64,000 nt of DNA from positions 248,001 through 312,000 of the forward strand of contig OZ037844.1 of assembly GCA_964035575.1 (NCBI GenBank), written 5' to 3'. The translations under genes and the position numbers were made by a program. The stretch is from Rhynchopus sp. YZ270_cl-10. Its lineage: Eukaryota. The notes beneath the pieces are model-generated. The model was not told the origin of the DNA and ran no database searches. It saw only the letters and a list, made by a program, of their open reading frames with translations. Every line of letters begins with the position of its first letter. Position 1 is the first letter of the stretch. Of the stretch, positions 35,629 through 47,561 are shown one piece after another.

Positions 35629-36830
35629 TAGAACTGTTTTAGGTTTAAAGCCGACCCACCAAATATGCAAAGCTGCTCAAACAACTTTTGCAAAAAAAAA
35701 AAAAAAAAAAAAACAAGAGGATACAACAACTACGGTTGGAACAGATTAATTACAGAACACATGCGTAACAATTGTGTAACATTTCGTTGGGGAGTGCGGT
35801 GATGGTCGGGTAAAAAGACCAACGCATGGAGGATTTAGGCTCGCTTGGGGGGTGGCGCGACTCACCCATCTGGCTTGCGCAGACTGCTGCCTGGTGCAAA
35901 AGTGTAAACAGAACTGAATGGGGAATTACATTGCATTTTATGCATGGGAGTGGGAGGGGAATATGAAACACTTGCTTGCGATGACTAGACAACAGCCTCC
36001 AACCTGATCAGAGAGTTTCCTCGAAGGTGCCTGTCTACTGCTGCCCCATTGCCAGCCTCGCTGAGTGTGTGGCACTGTGTGTGGTATCGGGAGATGGCTT
36101 CAAGGATTTTGAAGAGTACCACGCCTCAACACACACAAGAACAACAGCCAGCAGCGTCGTCACGTTGCACACCACTTTGAGTGGGGCAAGGCCCGCAGTC
36201 GTGAAATTGTATTAACACGACCCTTCGCGGTTTGGGGTGGGGTGGGGTGTGGTGGGGGTTCCTAACGCACGGTGACCATGTACCCAGTAAACATGCTGAA
36301 AACATGACTTGCATGGTTTTTACATGCATTTCATGCAAAAAGCATGTTACTCAGCATGTTAGTGTTGTTACCATTCTACACACTTGGAACACACTGGTAA
36401 ACTTCCGTGGCACCTTCGAGCTTGCATGCTACTCAGGGCACATGGGCACCGTGCGTTTCATGATCGTATTTTACATATTTTTGTTCACTTCGTGGGCGAG
36501 GAGGAGATGATGTGACTCCATTCCTGGGCCATACCGTTCACCTCACACCGCTCTTTCCCATTTGGGTTTCTTCACACACGTCTTTGCATCTTCGCACTCA
36601 TTCCAAGAAATTCAATTACTGTTCGTTTTCTTTCAACTTGTTCACTTTCACATCTTCTGCAACTTATTATGTTATACACTGCACTTCTTTTCTTAGGAAC
36701 TTTGCTGGCAGAGCAATGCAAGATAAAAAACTCATTAGTATCTCGTTGTTGAACGATCATCTCACTGCGCTTCATTTCCATGAGGGAGGGGTTTCAAAGA
36801 AAACAATGGTCGCAAACAATCAGGAAGGAT
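35628..36830. repeat. Segmental duplicate of the A10 downstream flank (39082-40005 plus 43431-43500)
   Basis: Colinear high similarity visible. Provides the empty site for the 40006-43430 insertion. Confidence 0.85.
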
Positions 36831-38847
36831 GCATGCTCACTGGTGTCACTTCAGACGATGGATCGAGAAGAACTTGCTCCACACGATGTCCATGTCTACG
36901 TGATGCCACGTGCAACTCAGTCTCGCCCCCATTAGCTGCGTGATGCACATCCACCTCAGGCAAGCCCACAAGATATCTCACAGTCTCGGCGTGTCCATTA
37001 CGAGCAGCAAGGGTAAGACACGTGTCTCCTTCGTTGTCTGTGGCGCACACTTCTGCACCTGCTTCGACCAACATCTTCACAACATCGAGTGCTCCTGAAC
37101 AGCTAGCCTTGTGAAGAGGTGAACGTCCATTCTCATCCTTTGTCTCGATGTCGGCCCCTACATCAATGAGTACCTGAACTACTTCAGGATAGTTCTTAGC
37201 TGCGCAGTGTAGTGCAGTGAAACCATAAACACCTGAGTGATTAATTATCATCAGGTCCATATCCTCCAAGCTAACAAGATAACGCACAGTCTCGGTGTGT
37301 CCATTACGAGCCGCATACATAAGACATGTGGCTCCGTAGTTGTCTGAGACAAACACTTCTGCACCTGCTTTGATCAACACCTTGGCAACATTGAGATTGC
37401 CTTTAGAGCACGACACGACAAGAGGCGAACCTCCAAACACCCCCTTTGCTTCGATGTCAGCCCCTGCATCAATGAGCACCTGCATCACAACTGCATGGGT
37501 TTGACCCCACGTGACCCTAGCTACGGAGAGCACCGCACTGTCTCCGTCATTAGCCTTGTGGTTCACATCCACCTTGTTCAAGCCCACAAGATAGCGTACA
37601 GTCTTGGTGTGTCCATAAACAGCCGCAAGGGTAAGACATGTGTTCCCTTGGTTGTCCGTGACACACACGTCTGCACCTGCTTTGACCAACACCTTCATAA
37701 CAGCAAGTTTGCCAGAACAGCTCGACACGTGTAGAGGCGAACGTCCCTCCCTGAGTAGAGGCGAACAACCCTCGTCGTCCTTTGTCTCGATGTCAGCCCC
37801 TGCATCAATGAGCAGCTGAACGACTTCAGGATAGTTACCCTGACCTGCCCAGTGTAGTGCAGTGAAACCATTATCACCTGAGTGATTCACATCCACATCC
37901 TTCAAGCTAACAAGATAACGCACAGTCTCGGTGTGTCCATTGCCAGCCGCAACTAGAAGACACGTCTCTCCTACGTAGTCTGTGACACACACGTTTGCAC
38001 CTGCTTCCACCAACATCTTCACAACATCGAGTGCTCCTGACGTGCAAGCCTTGTGAAGAGGTGAACGACCCTTCTCGTCCTTTGTCTCGATGTCTGCCCC
38101 TGCATCAATCAGAACCTGAACGACTTCAGGAGAGTTTTGTTGACCTGCCCAGTGTAGTGCAGTGAAACCATCCTCACCTGAGTGATTCACATCCACATCC
38201 TCCAAGCTAACAAGATAACGCACAGTCTCGGTGTGTCCATTGGCAGCCGCAAGGGTAAGACAGGTCTCTCCTTCATCATCTCTCGTGTCTCCATCATTGT
38301 CTGTGACACGCACGTCCGCACCTGCTTTGACCAACATCTTCACAACATCGAGTGCTCCTGACGTGCTAGCCTTGTGAAGAGGAGAACGTCCATTCTCATC
38401 CTTTGTCTCGATGTCTGCCCCTGCATCAATGAGCACCTGAAACACTGCAGGGTCCTCCCACATGGCTGGACATCTGTCCCCCTGCCCGTGTGGGACAAAC
38501 GCAACGTTGCTGCAGACTGACTTCCAACGCTGCAAGAGGACCTCCGTGCACGCAGTGTGGTCTGCGTGGATGCGCTCACTCAGCAGCATCCCGAAGCCTA
38601 TCTGCGTTGTCTCAACATACGGAAGAAGCAGTGCGAGGCATTCATCGTGGTTCCCTCTGCATGCCTCGTGCACAGCATCGAAGGCAACAGTTTTGCTGTC
38701 TGTGTCTGGGCTGAGCTTCTCAAGTCCCACCCGCACGGCAGTCGTGTCGCCGTTCCTGGCAGCCTCCACCAAGACCGAGTCTGCAGAAAGTGTTGTGCTG
38801 TGTGGTGCCTTCTCGTCAGGTGTGCTGTCTGCGTGTCGCTTCGACAT
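36820..38847 (-). CDS. Ankyrin family copy A9 (675 aa)
   Basis: Complete ORF with an alternative tail (LLDPSSEVTPVSM) shared with A10. Confidence 0.93.
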   Translation of the reverse strand: MSKRHADSTPDEKAPHSTTLSADSVLVEAARNGDTTAVRVGLEKLSPDTDSKTVAFDAVHEACRGNHDECLALLLPYVETTQIGFGMLLSERIHADHTACTEVLLQRWKSVCSNVAFVPHGQGDRCPAMWEDPAVFQVLIDAGADIETKDENGRSPLHKASTSGALDVVKMLVKAGADVRVTDNDGDTRDDEGETCLTLAAANGHTETVRYLVSLEDVDVNHSGEDGFTALHWAGQQNSPEVVQVLIDAGADIETKDEKGRSPLHKACTSGALDVVKMLVEAGANVCVTDYVGETCLLVAAGNGHTETVRYLVSLKDVDVNHSGDNGFTALHWAGQGNYPEVVQLLIDAGADIETKDDEGCSPLLREGRSPLHVSSCSGKLAVMKVLVKAGADVCVTDNQGNTCLTLAAVYGHTKTVRYLVGLNKVDVNHKANDGDSAVLSVARVTWGQTHAVVMQVLIDAGADIEAKGVFGGSPLVVSCSKGNLNVAKVLIKAGAEVFVSDNYGATCLMYAARNGHTETVRYLVSLEDMDLMIINHSGVYGFTALHCAAKNYPEVVQVLIDVGADIETKDENGRSPLHKASCSGALDVVKMLVEAGAEVCATDNEGDTCLTLAARNGHAETVRYLVGLPEVDVHHAANGGETELHVASRRHGHRVEQVLLDPSSEVTPVSMHPS

Positions 38848-40226
38848 GGTTTGTGAAGATGTTGATATTCTATGTTGTGTCTGTTGATGTGGTGTGGCCC
38901 ATGGGGTAAATGGTCAAGCTGACGTGAGTCCTGGAGGTGAGGAGGTGAGGGAGGGGGTCTGTAAGATAAAAACATCACCCAGTCTTTGTTCATGTTCATA
39001 CTGCTGTATTTGCGTACCCCAACCCCCCATCAAAGAATAAGTTTACGTACGGTGCAGAGGAGAAAACACACGAAGTTTTGTTAGAACTGTTTTATGTTTA
39101 AAGCCGACCCACCAAATATGCAAAGCTGCTCAAACAACTTTTGCAAAAAAAAAAACAAGAGGATACAACAACTACGGTTGGAACAGATTAATTACAGAAC
39201 ACATGCGTAACAATTGTATAACATTGCGCCGGGTTAACGCTTGGGGAGTGCGGTGATGCCTGTCTACTGCTGCCCCATTGCCAGCCTCGCTGAGTGTGTG
39301 GCCTGTGTGTGGTATCGGGAGATGGCTTCAGGGAGTTTGAAGAGTACCACGCCTCAACACACAGGAACAACAGCCAGCAGCATCGTCACGTTGCACACCA
39401 CTTTGAGTGGGGCAAGGCCCGCAGTCGTGAAATCGTATTAACACGACCCTTCGCGGTTTGGGGTGGGGTGGGGTGTGGTGGGGGTTCCTAACGCACGGTG
39501 ACCATGTACCCAGTAAACATGCTGAATAACATAATAGCTTTCTATGCATTTTTTCATGCAAAAAGCATGTGTACTCATGTTAGTGTTGTTACCATTCTAC
39601 ACACTTGGAACACACTGGTAAACTTCCGTGGCATCTTCTAGCTTGTTACGCAACAAGGATACAACATGCTACTCAGGGCACATGGGCACCGTGCGTTTCA
39701 TGATCGTATTTTACATATTTTTGTTCACTTCGTGGGCGAGGAGGAGATGATGTGACTCCATTACTGGGCCATACCGTTCACCTCACACCGCTCTTTCCCT
39801 TTTGGGTTTCTTCACACACGTCTTTGCATCTTCGCACTCAATTGCTGAAACGTGGTGGGGTCACTTCCAAGAAATTCAATTAATGTTCGTATTCTTTCAA
39901 TTTGTTCACTTTCACATCTTCTGCAACTTATTATGTTATACGCTACACTTCTTTTCTGAGGAACTTTGCTGGCAGAGCAATGCAAGATAAAAAAGTATTA
40001 TTATCGATGTACCGTTTTTTCCGGGTGTCGGTGGGCTGTAATTGGGTGTAATTGGGCTGTAACTGGGCGTAATTGGGTGAAATTGGGCAAAAATGCCGTT
40101 TTTTTGCCGTTGTTCGCACTTTTGACTCGCTTTTCGGCCCCCACACCCCAAAATTTTCCCACTTCTGTGCTGTTTCCCTACTTATCAATCAAAAATCGAA
40201 AACGGCGATGAAAAAGATGCCTTGGT

Positions 40227-40789
40227 CAGTACACAGTACACAGTACACAGTACACAGTACACAGTACACAGTACACAGTACACAGTACACAGTACACAGT
40301 ACACAGTACACAGTACACAGTACACAGTACACAGTACACAGTACACAGTACACAGTACACAGTACACAGTACACAGTACACAGTACACAGTACACAGTAC
40401 ACAGTACACAGTACACAGTACACAGTACACAGTACACAGTACACAGTACACAGTACACAGTACACAGTACACAGTACACAGTACACAGTACACAGTACAC
40501 AGTACACAGTACACAGTACACAGTACACAGTACACAGTACACAGTACACAGTACACAGTACACAGTACACAGTACACAGTACACAGTACACAGTACACAG
40601 TACACAGTACACAGTACACAGTACACAGTACACAGTACACAGTACACAGTACACAGTACACAGTACACAGTACACAGTACACAGTACACAGTACACAGTA
40701 CACAGTACACAGTACACAGTACACAGTACACAGTACACAGTACACAGTACACAGTACACAGTACACAGTACACAGTACACAGTACACAG
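40227..40789. repeat. 7-bp microsatellite CAGTACA, about 80 copies
   Basis: Direct reading of the sequence. Confidence 0.98.
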
Positions 40790-40866
40790 CACTGTACAAG
40801 GCAAAAATGACCAAAACAGCTGATGTTTTGGCCGAATGCCACCCTATCAGGAATATTTTCATGTAT

Positions 40867-42043
40867 CATAGCTGGTAAGCTAACAAGAATAGGCTAATAT
40901 TAGCCTTCGGGAAAATCCCAGATTTTATTAGCTTTTATTAGCCTATATTAGCTTGGAAAATAAATTATTAGCCTGTAAAGAGCCTATATTAGCCTATTAT
41001 AAGAGTCTTATAATAGGCTAATATAGGGCTAATAGCCTATTATATGCCATCTTAGACATAGAGAGGGCCGGCACGAAACCAAGAGCACATGATGCACAAG
41101 GCCCTCCTCTACATCCCACAACTCCTCATCTTGGGGAGAAGTCGACTCACGGGATAGCTAAACCAAATTTGCCTTCCCGGATCGACAACATCTTCGCGGT
41201 AGGCCAAACCCAAGAACAGTGCATGCGTCGTTCCGGCAGTTCCTGTAGTGGTGCAAAGTTGTGGGGGTGGAACCGTACTGAGGAGTGCCTCTGCAACATT
41301 TCCTAGCTCTGGGCATGGAATTTATGATAGGTACCGAACCCCAATGCCGCATGGATACAAAGTGGGTGGACAAATCCCGCGAGCCGTTTACGTTAGAATG
41401 CTGTGCTGTCTGGCGTCTACACAGCTGTTGTACCACATATTTGGGAGTGTGTTGTGACAGACGTTCTGCTGTCGGGTACGACTGTGCACACTCCGACATA
41501 CCCTCCTCCTTATCAGCGACGAGGCGCGGCGCATCGACTCGGCCTACGAATGGGACGACCTTGTGGACATTCCCCAACTGGTGAGACTTGAGCTGGCGTA
41601 CCAACAACAGGTCATTCGGAAGACGTCTGATCCACAAGGAACCCACCGCCATTGGTCCGATGCATCGTCGGGGGAGTGGGCAGCTGTCTTGGAGGGGACC
41701 CCTGAAATGGTGTGCCACCGCGCAGCAATCGGCATTGTCCTCCTTGCGATCACATACACAGATAGAGCGCACGCTCACTCACGTTCATCAGTGAAAAACC
41801 CAAACCTTTTGCGGTGCGATAAATAAGCCGGAAAGCAAGGAAATAAGTTGTGTTGTGTCTGTAACGGAGTTGGCCTTAAATTTTGGATTTTTCGGATTTG
41901 TTTAACGGGTTAAGCTGGAAAGGACTAGAATAGGCTAATAAAATATTAGCCTATTCCAGTTTTATTAGCCTATTCTATAAGGCTTAAATAGGCTAATAAT
42001 TTAGGCTAATATCGTATTAGGCTTTATTAGCTTACCACCTATG
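40867..42043. mobile_element. Nested 1.18-kb TIR element with 6-bp ATGTAT TSD
   Basis: ATGTAT|CATAGCTGGTAAGCTAA ... TTAGCTTACCACCTATG|ATGTAT (16/17). Many TAGGCTAATA/TATTAGCCTA subterminal motifs at both ends. Confidence 0.85.
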
Positions 42044-42775
42044 ATGTATTCACACAAATTTTTTCTGGCCTCAATACCCCCAAACTACCCGATTTTCGGT
42101 TCCGGCAAATTTTTGGAGCACCAAATATCGCAAAAAAATTCAATTTTTTTGGTGTCGTCCGCACATCCCTTTAGTAAAGACCAAAACACCAAGGCGTTGT
42201 AATTCATGTGTAATGGGGCGTAATGGGGTGAAAGTGGGTGTTAGTGTGGTACCGCCGGGACACCCCATTATATTTGGAAATATTTGATGTCAAATCTGTC
42301 AAAATAAGCAAGAATCGAAAACTTTTGTACACCTGTGTGCACTTTGGAGGCCCGTGAGAATCACCACCAAATTATGGGTTTTCTGACTATCATTTGCTTA
42401 TTCACCCAAAACACACTATGAACCGGTTTTTCACTATTTTTTCGTATTTCAGGGTGAATTTTTGTGAATTTTCGGGTCACAGGGTGGTTCTGACCCATTA
42501 TCGGGTGTTTCGGGACTGTAGTTGCTCAGGAGATGCCCAAAAACGTGAAAAAAATTGCCGTTTTACGTTTTTAGTAGTATTTTAGTGTAAATTGTTAGGG
42601 AAATCGGTTTTATACGTGGCTGCTAACAGAGCTGCACTCAAAGAAGTTGGGTTCTACTAGGATTTTTTGCTCAAATTTTTTTTCTTTGAACAAATTTTGT
42701 GCCAATCTTTCAAATAAAGCGTTAGATTTTTACACTGGTGGCATGCTTCCCAGCACACATAAGATACTGGTTGTG

Positions 42776-42930
42776 CGCCCGAATTCGCCCGAATCTGCCC
42801 GAAATCGCCCGAATTCGCCCGAATTACGTATAAATTCCCTTTAAAACGCCCGAAATATATTTCGGGCACATTTCGGGCGCTCGGGATCTGCGCCCGAAAA
42901 ATCCGCCCGAATTCGCCCGAAATATATTTC
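42776..42930. repeat. Cluster of GCCCGAA motifs in both orientations (TE subterminal-like)
   Basis: Direct reading of the sequence. Confidence 0.6.
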
Positions 42931-43204
42931 GTACGTACGTATGTGAGGAAGAAGGCTGAGTGGGCATGTAGTGCCACAAAATATCTGGAAGGCATGCAGT
43001 CCCCTGTCCGGTTACCAAAACCCGCCCGTCGTAGGCGTTCCCACTTTTCGGTGCCACACCCGAAAAGCGGGTGTCGTCACACCCTCTAGTTGAGTATCCC
43101 GTTTGACCCGCTCAGAGGCTGGACCCACCGTGTGAGCAAGCAAAACAGGTCACCCCCTGGTAAGCCCCCCTCAAAAACACCTGAGTTGTACTAGTGGTGT
43201 GACT

Positions 43205-43368
43205 GGGTGTAATTGGTTGTAATTGGGCTGTAATTAGGCGTAATTGGGCAAAATTGGGCTGTACTTGGGTATAATTGGGTATAATTGGGTATAATTGGGT
43301 ATAATTGGGTATAATTGGGTATAATTGGGTATAATTGGGTATAATTGGGTATAATTGGGTATAATTGA
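43205..43368. repeat. 10-bp tandem repeat AATTGGGTAT, subterminal in the 40006-43430 element (related copies at ~40040-40090)
   Basis: Direct reading of the sequence. Confidence 0.9.
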
Positions 43369-43481
43369 CCCCAAGTGGGTCCAGAAGGGCTGTGTTGGGT
43401 CCGATTGGGTGGGTGAAAAAACGGTACATCATCTCGTTGAACAATTATCCCACTGCACTTCATTTCCATGAGGGAGGGGTT

Positions 43482-45782
43482 TCAAAGAAAACAATGGTAG
43501 GACATGCTCACTGGCGTCACCTCAGACGATGGATCAAGAAGAACTTGCACCACACGATGTCCATGTCTACGTGATGCGACGTACAACGCAGTCTCGCCCC
43601 CATTAGTTGCCTGCTGCACATCCACCTCCGGCAAGCACACAAGATAGCGCACAGTCTCGGTGTGTCCAAAATATGCCGCAAGAATGAGACATGTGGCTCC
43701 GTTGTTGTCTGTGACACACACTCCCGCACCTGCTTCTACCAACAGCTTCACAATATCGATCGCACCGTTCTCGCTAGCCATGTGCAGAGGTGAACGCCCA
43801 TTCTCATCCTTTGCTTCGATGTCGGCCCCTGCATCAATGAGCACCTTCGCCACATGTTCACTTTTAGCTCCATAAGCTAGTGTCGTATTGTGCAGTGCAG
43901 TGCGGCCCCACCTATCTCTCTGATGTACATCCACCTCAGGCAAGCCAACAAGATAGCGCACAGTCTCGGTGTGTCCATCATGTGCCGCAAGGATAAGACA
44001 CGTGTCTCCATTGTTGTCTGTGACACACACTTCTGCACCTGCTCTGACTAACACCTTCACAACATCGAGTGCTCCTGACATGCTAGCCTCGTGAAGAGGC
44101 GAACGTCCTATGTCGTCCTTTACTTCGATATCAGCCCCTGCATCAATGAGCACCTGCATCACATCTGCATGAGTGTGACTCCCCTTGACCTTAGCTACGG
44201 AAAGCACCGCACTGTCTCCGTCATAATCCTTGTGATTTACATCCACCTCAGGCAAGCCCACAAGATAGCGCACAGTCTCGGTGTGTCCATAACCAAAAGA
44301 CGCAATCATAAGACATGTGGTTCCGTAGTTGTCTCTGGCACACACTCCCGCACCTGCTCTGACTAACACTTTCACAACATCGAGTGCTCCTGAACAGCTA
44401 GCCTTGTGAAGAGGTGAACTTCCCATGTCGTCCTTTGTCTCGATGTCTGCCCCTGCATCAATGAGCACCTGAACGACTTCAAGATAGTTACCCTGACCTG
44501 CCCAGTGTAGTGCAGTGAAACCATTATCACCTGAGTGATTCACATCCACATCCTCCAAGCTAACAAGATAGCGCACAGTCTCAGTGTGTCCATTGGCAGC
44601 CGCATGCACAAGACATGTGTCTCCTTTGCTGCCAGTGACACACACTCCCGCACCTGCTTTGACCAACGCCTTCACAACATCGAGTGCTCCTGACATGCTA
44701 GCCTTGTGAAGAGGCGAATGTCCCACGTCGTCCTTTGTCTCGATGTCTGCCCCTGCATCAATGAGCACCTGAACGACTTCAAGATAGTTACCCTGACCTG
44801 CCCAGTGTAGTGCAGTGAAACCATTCTCACTTGAGTGATTCACATCCACATCCTCCAAGCTAACAAGATAACGCACAGTCTCGGTGTGTCCAAAATATGC
44901 CGCAAGGATAAGACATGTGTCTCCTTTGCTGCCAGTGACACACACTCCTGCACCTGCTTTGACCAACATCTTCACAACATCGAGTGCTCCTGAACAGCTA
45001 GCCTTGTGAAGAGGAGAATGTCCATTCTCATCCTTTGTCTCGATGTCTGCCCCTGCATCAATGAGCACCTGAACGACTTCAAGATAGTTACCCTGACCTG
45101 CCCAGTGTAGTGCAGTGAAACCATTATCACCTGAGTGATTCACATCCACATCCTCCAAGCCTGCAAGATAGCGCACAGTCTCAGTGTGTCCATTGGCAGC
45201 CGCATGCACAAGACATGTGTCTCCTTTGTTGCCAGTGACACACACTCCCGCACCTGCTTTGACCAACGCCTTCACAACATCGAGTGCTCCTGACATGCTA
45301 GCCTTGTGAAGAGGTGAACGTCCATTGTCGTCCTTTGTCTCGATGTCTGCCCCTGCATCAATGAGCACCTGACACACTGCAGGGTCCGCCCACATGGCTG
45401 GACATCTGTCCCCCTGCCCGTGTGGAACAAACGCAACGTTGCTGCAGACTGACTTCCAATGCTGCAAGAGGACCTCCGTGCACGCAGTGTGGTCTGCGTG
45501 GATGCACTCACTCAGCAGCATCCCGAAGCCCATCTGCGTTGTCTCAACATACGGAAGAAGCAGTGCGAGGCATTCATCGTGGTTCCCTCTGCATGCCTCG
45601 TGCACAGCATCGAAGGAAACCGTTTCGCTGTCTGTGTCTGGTCTGAGCTTCTCAAGTCCCACCCGCACGGCAGTCGTGTCGCCGTTCCTGGCAGCCTCCA
45701 CCAAGACCGAGTCTGCAGAAAGTGTTGTGCTGTTTGGTGCCTTCTCGTCAGGTGTGCTGTCTGCGTTTTGCTGCTTCGACAT
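43482..45782 (-). CDS. Ankyrin family copy A10 (766 aa), longest copy, with recent 300-nt internal duplications
   Basis: Complete ORF. Sequence at 44401, 44701, 45001 and 45301 is near-identical. Confidence 0.93.
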   Translation of the reverse strand: MSKQQNADSTPDEKAPNSTTLSADSVLVEAARNGDTTAVRVGLEKLRPDTDSETVSFDAVHEACRGNHDECLALLLPYVETTQMGFGMLLSECIHADHTACTEVLLQHWKSVCSNVAFVPHGQGDRCPAMWADPAVCQVLIDAGADIETKDDNGRSPLHKASMSGALDVVKALVKAGAGVCVTGNKGDTCLVHAAANGHTETVRYLAGLEDVDVNHSGDNGFTALHWAGQGNYLEVVQVLIDAGADIETKDENGHSPLHKASCSGALDVVKMLVKAGAGVCVTGSKGDTCLILAAYFGHTETVRYLVSLEDVDVNHSSENGFTALHWAGQGNYLEVVQVLIDAGADIETKDDVGHSPLHKASMSGALDVVKALVKAGAGVCVTGSKGDTCLVHAAANGHTETVRYLVSLEDVDVNHSGDNGFTALHWAGQGNYLEVVQVLIDAGADIETKDDMGSSPLHKASCSGALDVVKVLVRAGAGVCARDNYGTTCLMIASFGYGHTETVRYLVGLPEVDVNHKDYDGDSAVLSVAKVKGSHTHADVMQVLIDAGADIEVKDDIGRSPLHEASMSGALDVVKVLVRAGAEVCVTDNNGDTCLILAAHDGHTETVRYLVGLPEVDVHQRDRWGRTALHNTTLAYGAKSEHVAKVLIDAGADIEAKDENGRSPLHMASENGAIDIVKLLVEAGAGVCVTDNNGATCLILAAYFGHTETVRYLVCLPEVDVQQATNGGETALYVASRRHGHRVVQVLLDPSSEVTPVSMSYHCFL

Positions 45783-46446
45783 GGTTTGTGAAGATGTTGA
45801 TATTCAATGTTGTGTCTTTTAGGATGTTTCTTTTTGTGGAGGTTGTGAGGTGAGTGGTGGGTGTCCTTGAAGTGCCTCCCACCCCAGACAAGCACAGCCA
45901 CAGGAAACGGGTGTGGAAGTCTCCCTCCTGAGGGTGGTGGTGGGAATCTATCTGCCTTGAGACGAGGAGGTGAGGGAGGGGTCTGAGATAAAAAACATCA
46001 TTCAGTCTTGTTCATGTTCATAATGTATTTGCACACCCCAACCCTCCCCACTCAGTAAGATTATGAACGGGAAAGAGAATGCAGCGTACACCCAAAGGTC
46101 CTCCTAAGACAAAAAGAAACATCGACACAAAAGAAAGCACCTGTCACTGGCAACCTTCTCACGCTTTATCTACGTTTCAAAACAGAGTCACGATGCCACC
46201 TTCCATTCCTTGAGGAATACAAAGCACAACACAAATGAGATGACACGTTTAAGTGCTCATTGAAGAAGTGATCCCTACCCACACACCCCTCCCTCCACAG
46301 CACCACGTAGACTACGGAGCACTTCATCTGAAAGGCAGGCAAAACAAAAAAAATCATTTTGACTTGAAATACAAAAGCCCTCTCGCGACAGTGTACTCTT
46401 TGGTACACGACGCACCGCAGGGCGGGGGGGTTTGAAAAATAAAGTA

Positions 46447-46640
46447 CCGACCCTCCCCCGTGAAATTGCCCCCCCCCAAAAAAAAAAAAAACCGGTATTT
46501 TGCCGTCAGGGACAATTTCAAGGGAGTCGCAGGGACAACCTTTGCTCTCCATTCTTCACACCAAAACGGCCACCCCCCGACAGAAATTGTCCCCCCCTCA
46601 CTTTTTCCCCCAGGGGGACAATTTCACGGGGGAGGGTCGG
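46447..46640. mobile_element. 194-bp MITE with TA TSD (Tc1/mariner/pogo-type)
   Basis: TA|CCGACCCTCCCCCGTGAAATTG ... CAATTTCACGGGGGAGGGTCGG|TA, perfect 22-bp TIR. Confidence 0.9.
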
Positions 46641-47165
46641 TATCAAAATAAATATAAGGAAAAAAGAGCCATTCAGAAAAAGGGTGAATAAAATCGGTCC
46701 GTGCGCCTGCATGACCCACAGCCGTTTTTCCACAGCGGGTTGCCAGGACATTCAAAAAAAAGGGGGAAGTGGTGTGTTTAAGATGAACCAGAGCATCACA
46801 GTGCTTGATCATCCCTTTTTATTTTAAAAAAAGGAGGCTCGTGGTTGTGGTTTGGGGAGAAACTTAATGAAACAAATGGTTTACTGATGCCCCTCCATCC
46901 CTTCTGGCTGACTCATTGCACAGCCCCAGATGAAGGCACAATACAAAATAATACGATGTCATCTAAATAACAGAGAAAAACTTGAAAATATCTATGTGTT
47001 CTGTTCACACAAGAAACGTACTATTTTTTTTTTTACAGTGCTGAGCCTTTAGGAAGGCTTTGTGACTGTGTACACGGCGGTCCTTGCTGATATTGTGGTA
47101 GCAATAGAAAATCATTAAAAAAGGCTGCATTCTTGAGAAATAAAGCAGGCTCGAGAATACTACCA

Positions 47166-47302
47166 TTGGTGCTCCTGAAAACCCCATTTTGCGTACTTGT
47201 TGCGCACTTTGTGCATGAAAAAAGAACTACAGGAATACCCTATATTGCGTACTTAGTGCGTAGTTGTTGCGTACTTGGTATTTTTTATTTCAGGAGCACC
47301 AA
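47166..47302. mobile_element. Small MITE-like element
   Basis: 15-bp inverted repeat TTGGTGCTCCTGAAA / TTTCAGGAGCACCAA. TSD not clear. Confidence 0.5.
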
Positions 47303-47561
47303 CTATTTTTTGCTTTTGTTACTTCACGAAATTCGCTAGTTTCTGTGGTAACAAGGCCACCGTGTCGGGAGGGGATGGGGGGGAGAGAGTGCTTCTCCAT
47401 TCCTTGCATTTGTTAAGCTAGATTCACAAAGAACAGAAAAACGGAGAAAAATGGGAAAAGGGAGGACCTTACTTAATAGGGGGGGAATGCTTGAACATCG
47501 CTTCCAAAAAACCCCCCTCCAATTTTTAACAAAACCAAACCCTCCCCCCCATTTTTTAATT

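Larger units (their letters stand above)
40006..43430. mobile_element. 3.4-kb non-autonomous TIR element with 16-bp TIR and 3-bp ATC TSD
   Basis: ATC|GATGTACCGTTTTTTC ... GAAAAAACGGTACATC|ATC. The paralogous site near 36740 has a single ATC. Confidence 0.9.

Noticed and set aside
40073..40878. ORFs encoding (VHSTQYT)n or (VYCVLCT)n
   Set aside because: Artefacts of a stop-free 7-bp microsatellite.
43205..43368. Telomeric repeat
   Set aside because: The unit is AATTGGGTAT, not TTAGGG, and it lies inside a TIR element.
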